Part shown: piece after piece, positions 44,269 through 53,434 of the stretch
Numbering within the stretch: the stretch's first letter is position 1
How the letters are laid out: each line of letters begins with the position of its first letter
DNA from: an uncultured Verrucomicrobia subdivision 3 bacterium
GTDB taxonomy: Bacteria; Verrucomicrobiota; Verrucomicrobiia; Limisphaerales; UBA11358
DNA: 64,000 nucleotides
Assembly (NCBI GenBank): GCA_903922735.1
Contig: CAIXUZ010000022.1
Location: 8,997-72,996, forward strand
Direction of reading: 5' to 3'
Program-made: the position numbers and the translations under genes
Notes under the pieces: generated by a model
Told to the model about the DNA's origin: nothing
Seen by the model: only the letters and a program-made list of their open reading frames with translations
The model's database searches: none

Positions 44269-45381
44269 CTAAAATGTGAGTTTGCTTGCCATTTTCTTCA
44301 TGTGCTCGCGGTTCAAATGTCCGTAAGTTTTGCCAATCAAAACGCCCCCGTCCTTGTGGCCGGCCCACTTGGCAATCGTCATGTAGTCAATCCCCGTCAT
44401 TACGCAGGTTGAAATGAAATAGTGTCTGGTCAGGTGAAGGGTGAAATCTGGCATCTCCACGACAGCGCGAACGCCTTCGACCATTTTCTGAAACGACTGA
44501 ACAGCATTGGATGTCCGATGCGGTTTGCCCAATCGATATGACGGGAACAGAAATTTAATATCTGGCAGAGCCTTTTCCTTCATGCACAGCAGGTGATTTT
44601 CCAGATTGGCACTGAAATCAACCCGACGGCTCTCAAAATTCTTGGTGGTGTCACCTTGAAACGCGAGTTGCTTATTTTCCCAGTCCACATTCTCCCATTT
44701 CAAATTCGCCACTTCCGATTTGCGTCCACCTGAATACATGCACAGCAGCAAAAAATCCGCGAACTGTTCGCCAGTAATGGGGCGGCTTCGCAGGGCTTCG
44801 GTTCCAATTTTCAAGATGTCATCGCCGGAAAACAATTTCCGCTCCACGGATTTGACCTTCAAATGGGTGATGCCTTCCATCGGCAATTTAGAAATGTATT
44901 TTTCCGTCTTTGCTAACTTCAACATAGCCCGAAGTGCCTTAACGTGGTGGTTCGCTGTGCTCGGTGTAAGCCCCCGTTTGAGCAATTGTCCGCGATACGC
45001 GAGAATTTGTTGGGTCGTGATTTTGCCAATTTTGAGGTCATCCCCAAGAAATCGTTCCCAATGTTTTAAGCAATTGTCCTCGCGAATCGTTGATACCGGA
45101 GACTTGCCGCACACCTTGACGTAATGCTCCCTGAACGTCTTGAAATCCGGCCCTGATTTTAGGCTCGTGATTTCTCCGTCCTTGATGCTTTTCAAAAGGT
45201 CATACATGGCCTTGATGGCATCATTTCTTTCGGTCACTCCTTTCAGCCTGATTTTGCTGAGTTTTCTGAGGCCCGTATCAGCATCGGCAATCATCGTCTG
45301 AACGTAAAATGAGCCATTCCGTTCCCATAAACCGCGAATTCTCCGGCTTGAACGGTCAAAAACTTGATGGAATGAACTCAC
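44269..45381 (-). CDS. Tyrosine-type site-specific integrase
   Basis: GGRKSEVANLKWENVDW (Arg box) and HLTRHYFISTCVMTGIDYMTIAKWAGHKDGGVLIGKTYGHL (HxxR ... Y). GTG start. Adjacent to attR. Confidence 0.88.
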   Translation of the reverse strand: MSSFHQVFDRSSRRIRGLWERNGSFYVQTMIADADTGLRKLSKIRLKGVTERNDAIKAMYDLLKSIKDGEITSLKSGPDFKTFREHYVKVCGKSPVSTIREDNCLKHWERFLGDDLKIGKITTQQILAYRGQLLKRGLTPSTANHHVKALRAMLKLAKTEKYISKLPMEGITHLKVKSVERKLFSGDDILKIGTEALRSRPITGEQFADFLLLCMYSGGRKSEVANLKWENVDWENKQLAFQGDTTKNFESRRVDFSANLENHLLCMKEKALPDIKFLFPSYRLGKPHRTSNAVQSFQKMVEGVRAVVEMPDFTLHLTRHYFISTCVMTGIDYMTIAKWAGHKDGGVLIGKTYGHLNREHMKKMASKLTF

Positions 45382-45492
45382 CCTTGGACCAGAACAAATT
45401 CCAGAACATTTGGCGAATGCTTGTCCTGTTAAACCGGGTATGCTATTTCTGGCCTTGTGCTAACGTAGTTGGGTTGGATTTAACCGTCGTAG

Positions 45493-45539
45493 CTCCGAAG
45501 CCGAAGGTTGTGGGTTCAACTCCCGCCGCGCGCACCATG
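45493..45539. repeat. 47-bp att repeat, copy 2 (attR; orphan tRNA-Arg 3' fragment)
   Basis: Identical to 34535-34581. Confidence 0.92.
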
Positions 45540-46163
45540 CTTATGAACGCGAAACGCTGGTTTGCCTGGGTTTGCCTCGCCCTGATGCTGGTCGCGGAAA
45601 TTTTTCTCTACCGCGCCAATCACGAGCGCGATGCGGCCGTGACGGATTGCCGCGATGCGCAGAACCAGTTGCGGCAGGCGCAGACGGAGCTGGAGGAATT
45701 GAAAAGTTCCAACGCCGGTTTGCAGGCGGCGGAAAATTCCCGGCTCCGCAAGCAGAACGAGATTCTCACCAACAAACTCGCCACCCTGCAACGCCAGGCG
45801 GACCAGATCCGGGCGGAAAATCAGCTGACGGCGCAAAACCTCAACACGGCGCGCACGGCGCTCCAGCTGCAGCAGGATCATCTACAGCAGTTGTCGGCGG
45901 ACAAGCAGCGGCTGGCCGCCGCCGGCGCGGCGGTCATCCATCAAAACACCTGTCTCAATAATCTCCGGCAGATTGACGCCGCCAAGCAGCAATGGGCCTT
46001 GGAAAAGAATAAAACGGACGAAGCCGTGCCGGCGGCGCAGGATTTGCTTCCCTACTTGAAAAATGGAATTTTTCCTTCCTGTCCCGGCGGCGGGCTGTAT
46101 TACATTAATGCCGTCGGCCTGCTGCCAGCCTGTTCGATTTCCGGCCACGTCCTCCCGCCATAA
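45537..46163 (+). CDS. Membrane-anchored coiled-coil protein with Cys-containing C-terminal domain
   Basis: MLMNAKRWFAWVCLALMLVAEIFLY (transmembrane segment), then coiled coil, then NTCLNNLRQIDAAKQQWALEKNK...SCPGGGLYYIN. The ATG lies inside the att core. Confidence 0.6.
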   Translation: MLMNAKRWFAWVCLALMLVAEIFLYRANHERDAAVTDCRDAQNQLRQAQTELEELKSSNAGLQAAENSRLRKQNEILTNKLATLQRQADQIRAENQLTAQNLNTARTALQLQQDHLQQLSADKQRLAAAGAAVIHQNTCLNNLRQIDAAKQQWALEKNKTDEAVPAAQDLLPYLKNGIFPSCPGGGLYYINAVGLLPACSISGHVLPP

Positions 46164-46229
46164 TTTCTGCTTCCCTTTTCAGGTTTGGATTTTATATTTC
46201 CCGCCGGTTTTTTAACAAGCACTAATCTT

Positions 46230-48305
46230 ATGGCCGCTGATACTTCTGTCGTCAAAGCCGTGGAAGCCCCACCGCTGAAACCTCTCGTTATCAAATCCAA
46301 GCTCGCGCCCACGCCCAAAGCCGCGCCGAAATATTCCGTGGTGGTGAAAAACGCCGCCGGCGCGGACGTCCTGCTCGCCGACCCGCGCGCCAGCCGCGCG
46401 CTCGTGGCGCTCATGGATTTGCACGCCGTCATCGGCGGCGCGGCCTCGCACTGGGGCGGCCCGGCGGCGTTCGCGGAAATCATGTCCGCCATCCACGGCG
46501 TGATGTTCTCCGTCAAGGACCGCCCCTGGCACGAGGCCTATAATTTTGTCAACGACGCCGGCCACTGCGAAAACGGCGTCTATGCCGTGCGTGCGCTTTA
46601 CGGCTTTGACGGCATGACCACCGCGTCCGTCAAAGGGTTTCGCGGCATCCACAGCAAGCTCACCGGCCACGGCGAATCGCATCTGAATCCCGAAGGCGTC
46701 TTGCTGAGCAACGGCCCGCTCGGCAGCTCGCTGCCGCAGGCGCAGGGCCTCGCCATCGGCGACCGGCTCGCGCAGAACGACCGCGTCACCATCTGCGTCG
46801 TGTCCGACGGCGCGAGCATGGAAGGCGAAGCCAAGGAAGCCTTCGCCGCCATTCCCGGCCTCGCCGCCAGGGGCAGGCTGAATCCGTTCGTGATGATCGT
46901 TTCTGACAATGACACCAAGCTGTCCGGCCGCGTGTCGAAGGACTCGTTCAGCATGGCGCCGACGTTCACCAGCAAGACTGCGCTCGGCTGGCACGTCATC
47001 AACGTCGCCCAGGGCAACCATCTGCACGACGTTTATCTCGCGCTGGAAAAAGCCATTGCCGCGGCGAAGGCCGATCCGGCGAAGCCGGTCGCGATCCTCG
47101 CCAAAACCGTGAAGGGCTTCGGCGTGAAATCCACGATGGAAAGTTCCTCCGGCGGCCACGGCTTCCCGCTGGCCAACGGCGAAAAAATTGTCGAGTTCGT
47201 GGACGAAATCTGGGGCGGCCAGACGCCCAGGGAATTCGCCGACTGGGCCAGGACTTTCCGCACCGATTGGGAAAAGCAGGTAGCCGCGAAAAAGGCGGAA
47301 AGCGGGAAAGCGGAAAGCGGAAAAACCGCGCCCGCGAAGCCCAAGACCGACAAGGTGCAGTCCGGCCTCGCCCGGGCCGCCGTGCGCGCCGCGCAGGCAG
47401 GCCTGCCGGTGTTCTCGGTTTCGTCGGATGTGCAAGGCTCCACCGGCATCAGTCTTTTCCATAAAAGTTTTCCCGATCGTTGGATCGAAGTCGGCATCGC
47501 CGAATCAAACATGATCAGCACCGCCGCCGGCCTGGCGAAGTGCGGCTTCATTCCCATCGTGGATACGTTTGGCCAATTCGGGGTGACGAAAGGAAATCTT
47601 CCGCTCACGATGGCGGCGCTGTCGCAGGCGCCGGTCATCGCGATGTTTTCGCATGTCGGTTTCCAGGATGCGGCGGACGGCGCGAGCCATCAGGCCACGG
47701 CGCATTTTGCCGCCGTATCGGCGATTCCGCACACCTGCGTCATCGCGCCGAGCTGCCCGGATGAAGCCGAATCGCTGATGTATCAGGCCATCCAGAAATA
47801 CGCCGCCGACCGGGCGGCGGGCCGGGACGGCGAAAATTACCTCTTCTTCGTCGGCCGCGAAAATTATCCGCTGTCCTGGATCGAAGGCGCGCAATATCCG
47901 TGGGGCCGGGCGCAGATCCTGTCCGCCGGCAGCGACGTGGTGCTGATCGGCTGCGGCGTGCTGGTGAACAAGGCGATTGAAGCCGGCCGGCTGCTCGCCG
48001 CGAAAGGCATCCGGGCCACGGTCATCAATAATCCGTTCGTGAACCAGGTGGACCTCGAAACCATCGGCGCCGCGGTGAAGCAATGCGGCAAAGTCGTGAC
48101 CATCGAGGATCACCAGGTCATCGGGGGCATGGGCGCGCAGGTTTCGCACGCGTTGTCCGACGCCGGGATCGCGCACACGCTGAAATCGCTCGGCATCCGC
48201 GGCGAATTCGGCCAGTCGGCGTATCTGGCGGAGGAGCTTTATGTGAAGCACGGTTTGACCGCGCCGAAAATGGCCGAAGCCGCGCTGGCGCTGCTGGGAA
48301 AATAA
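46230..48305 (+). CDS. Divergent transketolase-family (ThDP-dependent) protein with a K/A/E-rich inter-domain linker
   Basis: LLSNGPLGSSLPQAQGLA, VVSDGASMEGEAKEA (GDG-like ThDP motif), and a Pyr-domain EVGIAESNMISTAAGLA. The ATG at 46230 lies inside the track ORF 46185-48305. Confidence 0.7.
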   Translation: MAADTSVVKAVEAPPLKPLVIKSKLAPTPKAAPKYSVVVKNAAGADVLLADPRASRALVALMDLHAVIGGAASHWGGPAAFAEIMSAIHGVMFSVKDRPWHEAYNFVNDAGHCENGVYAVRALYGFDGMTTASVKGFRGIHSKLTGHGESHLNPEGVLLSNGPLGSSLPQAQGLAIGDRLAQNDRVTICVVSDGASMEGEAKEAFAAIPGLAARGRLNPFVMIVSDNDTKLSGRVSKDSFSMAPTFTSKTALGWHVINVAQGNHLHDVYLALEKAIAAAKADPAKPVAILAKTVKGFGVKSTMESSSGGHGFPLANGEKIVEFVDEIWGGQTPREFADWARTFRTDWEKQVAAKKAESGKAESGKTAPAKPKTDKVQSGLARAAVRAAQAGLPVFSVSSDVQGSTGISLFHKSFPDRWIEVGIAESNMISTAAGLAKCGFIPIVDTFGQFGVTKGNLPLTMAALSQAPVIAMFSHVGFQDAADGASHQATAHFAAVSAIPHTCVIAPSCPDEAESLMYQAIQKYAADRAAGRDGENYLFFVGRENYPLSWIEGAQYPWGRAQILSAGSDVVLIGCGVLVNKAIEAGRLLAAKGIRATVINNPFVNQVDLETIGAAVKQCGKVVTIEDHQVIGGMGAQVSHALSDAGIAHTLKSLGIRGEFGQSAYLAEELYVKHGLTAPKMAEAALALLGK

Positions 48306-48326
48306 TCGCAGCCAACCGGATTCAAC

Positions 48327-48359
48327 CGCCCGCGGGCAAAAAGTGCGCGGGCGTTTTTT
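48327..48359 (+). terminator. Rho-independent terminator
   Basis: cgcccgcg, 11-nt loop, cgcgggcg, followed by tttttt. Confidence 0.8.
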
Positions 48360-48517
48360 ATTGTTTCGGAGGGACGAGCTCTGCGAGTCCCCGAATAAAT
48401 AAATGGGAATCGCATGCCTTGGCCATCCGGCTTGCGCGGATGCTCGCCCCACCGGCGCATGTCCGATTTCCGTCTTGGCTTTGGCCGTTGGTCGGCTAAT
48501 CTCTGCGTTCTAAATTT

Positions 48518-50350
48518 ATGATTGAAACGGACATTGAACTGCTGAAAGGCATCGCCAACCAACTGCGCATCCACTCCATCACCTCCACCACGGCGGCCGG
48601 CAGCGGCCACCCGACTTCCTGCCTCTCGGCGGCGGATGTCGTCGCCGCGCTGTTCTTCGGCCACATGAAGTATGACGCGAAGAACCCGCATTTCCACAAC
48701 AACGACCGCTTCATTCTCTCCAAAGGCCACGCCGCCCCGCTGCTTTACTCCGCGTGGGCGGAAAATGGTTTGGTGCCCGTCGCGGAACTCGCCAAGCTCC
48801 GCCAGTTCGGCAACGACCTCGAAGGTCATCCCACCCCGCGCCTCGCGTTCGCCGATGTGGCGACCGGTTCGCTCGGCCAGGGTCTCGGCGTCGGCGTCGG
48901 CATGGCGCTCGCCGCGCGGCAGGATCAGCTGGATTACAGCACCTACGTCTTGCTCGGCGACGGCGAGATCGCCGAAGGCGCCGTTTGGGAAGCGGCGAAC
49001 CTGGCGGGCTTTTACAAGTTGAGCAACCTCATCGCGATCGTTGACGCCAACCGCCTCGGCCAGAGTCAGGCCACCATGTTCGGCCACGATATCGGCGTTT
49101 ATGTGAAGCGCTTTGAATCCTTCGGCTGGCGCGTGGAAACGCTTGACGACGGTCATGACATGGAAGAAATCATGGAGGTTTTGAGCGGCGTCGGCCTCGA
49201 CGAACGCCCGCTCGCCATCATCGCCAAGACCTATAAAGGTGCCGGCGTTTCATTTTTGCAGGACAAAGACGGCTGGCACGGCAAGCCGCTCAACGCGGAA
49301 GAAGCCGCCAAGGCCATCGCCGAGCTTCAGCCCAGCGCGAAGTCGGGTCTCGGCGTCGCGATTCCCGCGCCGACCGCGCTGCCGGCCCCGAATCTCGCCG
49401 CCCCCGCGAGCTATCCGGCCATCAGCTATAATCTCGGCGACAAGATCGCCACGCGCGAAGCCTACGGCGCGGCGCTCGTCCGCGTCGGCGGCGCCAATCC
49501 GGCGGTCGTCGCCATGGACGGCGACACGAAGAATTCCACCTACGCGGAAAAATTCTTCAAGCAGTTTCCGGAACGCTTCACCGAATGTTTCATCGCGGAA
49601 CAGAATCTCGTTGCCGTCGCCATCGGTTTTGGCACCCGCGGCCACGTGCCGTTCGCCTCGACGTTCGCGACGTTTTTCACCCGCGCCGCCGACCAGATCC
49701 GCGTCGCCGGCATCTCGTCCGCCAACCTGAAGCTCGTCGGTTCGCACGTCGGCATCAGCATCGGCGAGGACGGCCCGTCGCAGATGGCGCTGGAAGACAT
49801 CGCGCTGTTCCGCGCCGTGCAGGGCAGCTCCGTGCTGTATCCCGCGGACGCGGTGGCCACCGAAAAATTGCTCGAAGAAATGGCCAAGACGCGCGGCATC
49901 CAGTTCCTCCGCACCTCGCGCCCGAAGACGCCCGTGATTTACGGCAACGACGAACGATTCCCCATCGGCGGCGCGAAAGTGCTGCGCGAAGGCACCAAGG
50001 CCACCATCGTGGCCGCCGGCGTGACGCTGTTCGAAGCCTTGAAAGCGGCGGATACGCTGAAGGCCGAAGGCATCAGCGTCACGGTCATTGACGCCTATAG
50101 CGTGAAGCCGCTCGGCAAAAAAGAAATTCTGGCCGCCGCGAAAAAGACCGGGAACACGGTCATCACGGTGGAAGACCATTATCCCGAAGGCGGCCTCGGC
50201 GACGCGGTCGCGGGCGAATTGTCCAGCGAAGGCGTGAAAGTTCACAAGCTCGCCGTCAACGGCCTGCCCCGTTCCGGCCAGGCGGCGGAACTGATGGCGG
50301 CCTTCGGCATCGACGCCGCGGCGATCGTGAAGAAGGTCAAGTCGCTGTAA
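48518..50350 (+). CDS. tkt: Transketolase (fused N- and C-terminal halves, 610 aa)
   Basis: TTAAGSGHPTSCLSAADVVAALFF, LSKGHAAPLLYS, VLLGDGEIAEGAVWEA, ECFIAEQNLVAVAIG. Confidence 0.88.
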   Translation: MIETDIELLKGIANQLRIHSITSTTAAGSGHPTSCLSAADVVAALFFGHMKYDAKNPHFHNNDRFILSKGHAAPLLYSAWAENGLVPVAELAKLRQFGNDLEGHPTPRLAFADVATGSLGQGLGVGVGMALAARQDQLDYSTYVLLGDGEIAEGAVWEAANLAGFYKLSNLIAIVDANRLGQSQATMFGHDIGVYVKRFESFGWRVETLDDGHDMEEIMEVLSGVGLDERPLAIIAKTYKGAGVSFLQDKDGWHGKPLNAEEAAKAIAELQPSAKSGLGVAIPAPTALPAPNLAAPASYPAISYNLGDKIATREAYGAALVRVGGANPAVVAMDGDTKNSTYAEKFFKQFPERFTECFIAEQNLVAVAIGFGTRGHVPFASTFATFFTRAADQIRVAGISSANLKLVGSHVGISIGEDGPSQMALEDIALFRAVQGSSVLYPADAVATEKLLEEMAKTRGIQFLRTSRPKTPVIYGNDERFPIGGAKVLREGTKATIVAAGVTLFEALKAADTLKAEGISVTVIDAYSVKPLGKKEILAAAKKTGNTVITVEDHYPEGGLGDAVAGELSSEGVKVHKLAVNGLPRSGQAAELMAAFGIDAAAIVKKVKSL

Positions 50351-50374
50351 TCGCCGAAAAGAAAAATCAAATTA

Positions 50375-50424
50375 GGAAAGCAGGAACGCAGGATATTATT
50401 CCGGTTCCTGCTTTCTTGTTTTCC
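50375..50424 (+). terminator. Rho-independent terminator after tkt
   Basis: ggaaagcaggaac ... gttcctgctttct forms a 13-bp stem, followed by tgttttcc. Confidence 0.7.
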
Positions 50425-50496
50425 TAATTCAATTCGTATCGGCCGGCGGTTTTATTTTTGCCAGTCGCACCAACTTGAGGCACATTCTCTTCAGCG

Positions 50497-51060
50497 ATGG
50501 CGGAAAAACGAAAATCATTGCAGGGGCAGCTGCTGCTCGATAGCGGGCAGCTGGGCGGCTCCTTTTTTCAGCACACGGTCCTGCTCATCTGCAAGCACGA
50601 TGCCGAGGGCGCGTTTGGCCTGGTCTTGAACCGCACCGTGGGCAAGACCGTCGGCGACCTGATCATCGCCGACCTGCCGGAAACGCTCAAGACCGCGCCG
50701 CTCTTCCTCGGCGGTCCGGTGCAACCCGGCGCGTTGAGCTATCTCCACACGGACAGTTTCATCCCCGACGCCGACGTGCTGCCGAACCTCGCGCTCGGCC
50801 ATTCGCTCGATGATTTGCTGGAGATTGGCGAGAGCTTTTCTCCGGCCAGGAAAGTGCGGATGTTCGCCGGCTATGCCGGCTGGAGTCCGGGGCAATTGGA
50901 AAGCGAAATGAAAAGGAAGGCGTGGCTCACGTTTCCCGCTTCGCTAAAACTCGTCTTTGAAACCCCGCCGGATCAACTCTGGCAAAAAGTCCTGCAAAGC
51001 AAGGGCGGCTGGAAAAACAAACTGCTCGCGCAGACGCCGGAGGACTTGTCGTGGAATTGA
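50497..51060 (+). CDS. YqgE/AlgH family protein (UPF0301)
   Basis: LQGQLLLDSGQLGGSFFQHTVLLICKHDAEGAFGLVLNR...FLGGPVQPG...FAGYAGWSPGQLESEM is the typical AlgH pattern. Confidence 0.85.
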   Translation: MAEKRKSLQGQLLLDSGQLGGSFFQHTVLLICKHDAEGAFGLVLNRTVGKTVGDLIIADLPETLKTAPLFLGGPVQPGALSYLHTDSFIPDADVLPNLALGHSLDDLLEIGESFSPARKVRMFAGYAGWSPGQLESEMKRKAWLTFPASLKLVFETPPDQLWQKVLQSKGGWKNKLLAQTPEDLSWN

Positions 51061-51141
51061 TTTTTGTTCTTGTCGGAGCCGGCGGGAGGGGGCTCCAAAT
51101 AAAAAATGTTTGAGCCTCGTCACCTCGGCTCCTACGAAAAA

Positions 51142-52122
51142 TCAATTCGCCTCGACGCAGAGGCATGTGGTTCGGGGCCGGGCTTTGATTTCCACGCCTT
51201 TCAAACTCGCGGGAATCAGGCAAAAATCGCCCGGTTTCAGTTGCACAAATATTCCGCTGCGGTCGTCGGCGATGGTCGCCGTGCCTTGGGTCGCCGCGAT
51301 GATGCGCAAGTATTGGCCCGATAGCGTCAGCGAGCCGCCGTTTTCGAAAACCATTTCCTGGACGTGAAACAGCGGATCCTGCACCAGATGCCGGAATTTA
51401 AAACTGCCGGACTGGATATAGTTGGCGGGCACCAGCTTTGGCTCGAAATCGTTGAAATCAATGCTCGCCAGCGATTGCGCGATGTGCAGTTCGCGCGGCC
51501 GGCCGTCCAGGCCGGTGCGGTTCCAATCGAACACGCGGTAGGTGGTGTCGGAATTCTGCTGGATTTCAAAAATCACCAGGCCGTCGCCGATGGCGTGGAC
51601 GCGGCCGCTCGGCAAAAACATCGTGTCGCCGGCTTTGACCGGAATCCGGTGAAAACAATCCGCCACGCTGCCGTCGGTGATTTTTCGCTCGAATTCTCCC
51701 CGCGTGACTCCGTGCTGGAGGCCGACATACAGGCTCGCGCCCGGCGCGGCGTCGGCGATGTACCACATCTCCGTCTTCGGTTCGCCTTTGAGGTCCGCCG
51801 CCTTGCTCGCGGGGGGATGGACTTGCAGCGACAATTTTTCCCGCGCATCAAGAATTTTGCAAAGCAGCGGGAAGCGGCCTGCCGCCGCGGGTTTGGCGTC
51901 GCCGAGAATTTCGGCCGCGTGGTTTTCCATCAGCCAGCGCAAATCTTTTCCGGCCAGCGGACCGTTGGCGATGACGCTGGCGTCGCCGGGCCGGTCGGAG
52001 ATTTCCCAGGCCTCGCCGATGGGCTGGCCGGCCGGAATCTTTTTGGCGTAAAGCCGTTCCAGTTCGCGCCCGCCCCAGATGCGTTCCTTGAAAATGGGCG
52101 AAAATATCAGCGGATAGAGCAT
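51142..52122 (-). CDS. manA: Mannose-6-phosphate isomerase, class I (short bacterial type)
   Basis: MLYPLIFSPIFKERIWGG, EAWEISD, KLSLQVHP, LPSGRVHAIG. Confidence 0.85.
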   Translation of the reverse strand: MLYPLIFSPIFKERIWGGRELERLYAKKIPAGQPIGEAWEISDRPGDASVIANGPLAGKDLRWLMENHAAEILGDAKPAAAGRFPLLCKILDAREKLSLQVHPPASKAADLKGEPKTEMWYIADAAPGASLYVGLQHGVTRGEFERKITDGSVADCFHRIPVKAGDTMFLPSGRVHAIGDGLVIFEIQQNSDTTYRVFDWNRTGLDGRPRELHIAQSLASIDFNDFEPKLVPANYIQSGSFKFRHLVQDPLFHVQEMVFENGGSLTLSGQYLRIIAATQGTATIADDRSGIFVQLKPGDFCLIPASLKGVEIKARPRTTCLCVEAN

Positions 52123-52126
52123 GGCC

Positions 52127-53143
52127 TCAAGCGGCGACCGGTTCGGCGTCTTTGACGGATTTCATTCCGCCGGCATCCGCGGCTTGTTCGGTGAAATGGC
52201 CGTGCGTGCGGAATTTGGCGTAGCGCATCTTCAGGCGTTCCGGAATCGGCATGGCCAGCACGGCTTCGAGGTTTTTGAGCAGGCACGTTTTCAGATTGGC
52301 CGCCGTGGCCGCGCCATTCGTGTGGGCGCCGCCCAGGGGTTCCGGCACGATTTCATCCACGAGCTTGAGTTCCAGCAGATCGTTGGCCGTGATGCGCAAG
52401 GCGGCCGCGGCTTTGGCGGCATTGGCGCGGTCTTTCCAGAGAATAGCCGCGCAGCCTTCCGGGCTGATGACGGAATAATACGCGTTCTCGAGAATCAAAA
52501 CCCGGTCCGCCACGCCGATGCCCAGCGCGCCGCCGGAACCGCCTTCGCCGATGACCGCGGTGATGATGGGAACTTCCAGCAGCGTCATTTCGCGCAGATT
52601 GACCGCAATCGCCTCGGCGATGTGGCGTTCTTCCGCCGCGACGCCGGGATAGGCGCCCGCCGTGTCAATCAGCGTGATGATGGGCAGGCCGAATTTATTC
52701 GCCAGCCGCATCAGGCGCAGCGCCTTGCGGTAGCCTTCCGGATGGGCGGAACCGAAGTTGCGCAGAATGTTTTCCTTGGTATCCCGGCCTTTTTGCGTGC
52801 CGATGACCATCACGCGATGTTCGCCGAGCCTGGCAAAACCGCCGACCATGGCGCGATCCTCGGCATACAGCCGGTCGCCGTGCAATTCCTCAAAATGGGT
52901 GAAGGCTTTCTGGATGTAATCGAGGGTGTAAGGGCGGCGCGGATGGCGCGCGAGCTGGACCCGCTGCCAAGCGGACAGGTTCAGGAACACCTGCCGGCGA
53001 GTTTCCTCCAGCTTTTTCTCGATAATCTGGATTTCCTCTTCAAAACTGATGCCGAGCGAGTGCTTCTCCGGATGGGCCCGGAGTTCGTCCAGCTTGTTCT
53101 GCAATTCCGTGATCGGCTTTTCGAAATCGAGCTGATGCTTCAT
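52127..53143 (-). CDS. accA: Acetyl-CoA carboxylase carboxyltransferase subunit alpha
   Basis: LDFEKPITELQNKLDELR, ARHPRRPYTLDYI, LIDTAGAYPG, ITAVIGEGGSGGALG. Confidence 0.93.
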   Translation of the reverse strand: MKHQLDFEKPITELQNKLDELRAHPEKHSLGISFEEEIQIIEKKLEETRRQVFLNLSAWQRVQLARHPRRPYTLDYIQKAFTHFEELHGDRLYAEDRAMVGGFARLGEHRVMVIGTQKGRDTKENILRNFGSAHPEGYRKALRLMRLANKFGLPIITLIDTAGAYPGVAAEERHIAEAIAVNLREMTLLEVPIITAVIGEGGSGGALGIGVADRVLILENAYYSVISPEGCAAILWKDRANAAKAAAALRITANDLLELKLVDEIVPEPLGGAHTNGAATAANLKTCLLKNLEAVLAMPIPERLKMRYAKFRTHGHFTEQAADAGGMKSVKDAEPVAA

Positions 53144-53193
53144 GCGTGCGGAATTTTAATGGGTTTCATCATGTAATCAATGCGGAATTCCGG

Positions 53194-53229
53194 CTAAAAA
53201 GCTAAAGGCCGGACTCGCGTCCGGCCTTT
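53194..53229 (-). terminator. Rho-independent terminator downstream of pgl
   Basis: aaaggccggac-tcgc-gtccggccttt. The minus strand continues agcttttt. Confidence 0.65.
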
Positions 53230-53434
53230 GCGGTGATAAGGTTTATACGCCTTCACCGAGGCGCTCAGAAGTGTGACGCGGCCAACTTGGAAGCGCTGTC
53301 CGGACCGCGCCACGAGCAAAACCTCTCTGCCAACCCTAAAACGGACAGCGAAATTCAAACTTCTATGGAATCAGACGCTGCGGTTGGAAATATGTTCAAA
53401 GATTTCTAAATTTTTTCGAGCCGGGTGCTACCGG

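Larger units (their letters stand above)
34535..45539. mobile_element. Genomic island 2 (~11 kb) integrated into tRNA-Arg(CCG): type I R-M, GGDEF cassette, small ORFs, tyrosine integrase
   Basis: Perfect 47-bp direct repeats, one within the intact tRNA and one orphan. The integrase lies about 110 bp from the distal repeat. The cargo is low in GC. Confidence 0.88.

Noticed and set aside
47295-47324. 15-nt tandem duplication gcggaaagcgggaaa/gcggaaagcggaaaa
   Set aside because: It is simple slippage within a low-complexity linker (KAESGKAESGK) and has no independent significance.
48360-48517. gggacgagctctgcgagtccc hairpin and surrounding sequence upstream of tkt, as a possible mobile repeat related to the hemL element
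   Set aside because: They share only the ggac...gtcc stem flavour, with no extended identity within this window. A genome-wide search would be needed.
46212-50245. Long minus-strand ORFs (46212-47462, 47033-47638, 47505-48452, 48239-49156, 49250-50245) opposite the transketolase genes
   Set aside because: These are shadow ORFs in high-GC coding DNA. Their translations are low-complexity R/G/A-rich, while the plus-strand products carry clear ThDP-enzyme motifs.
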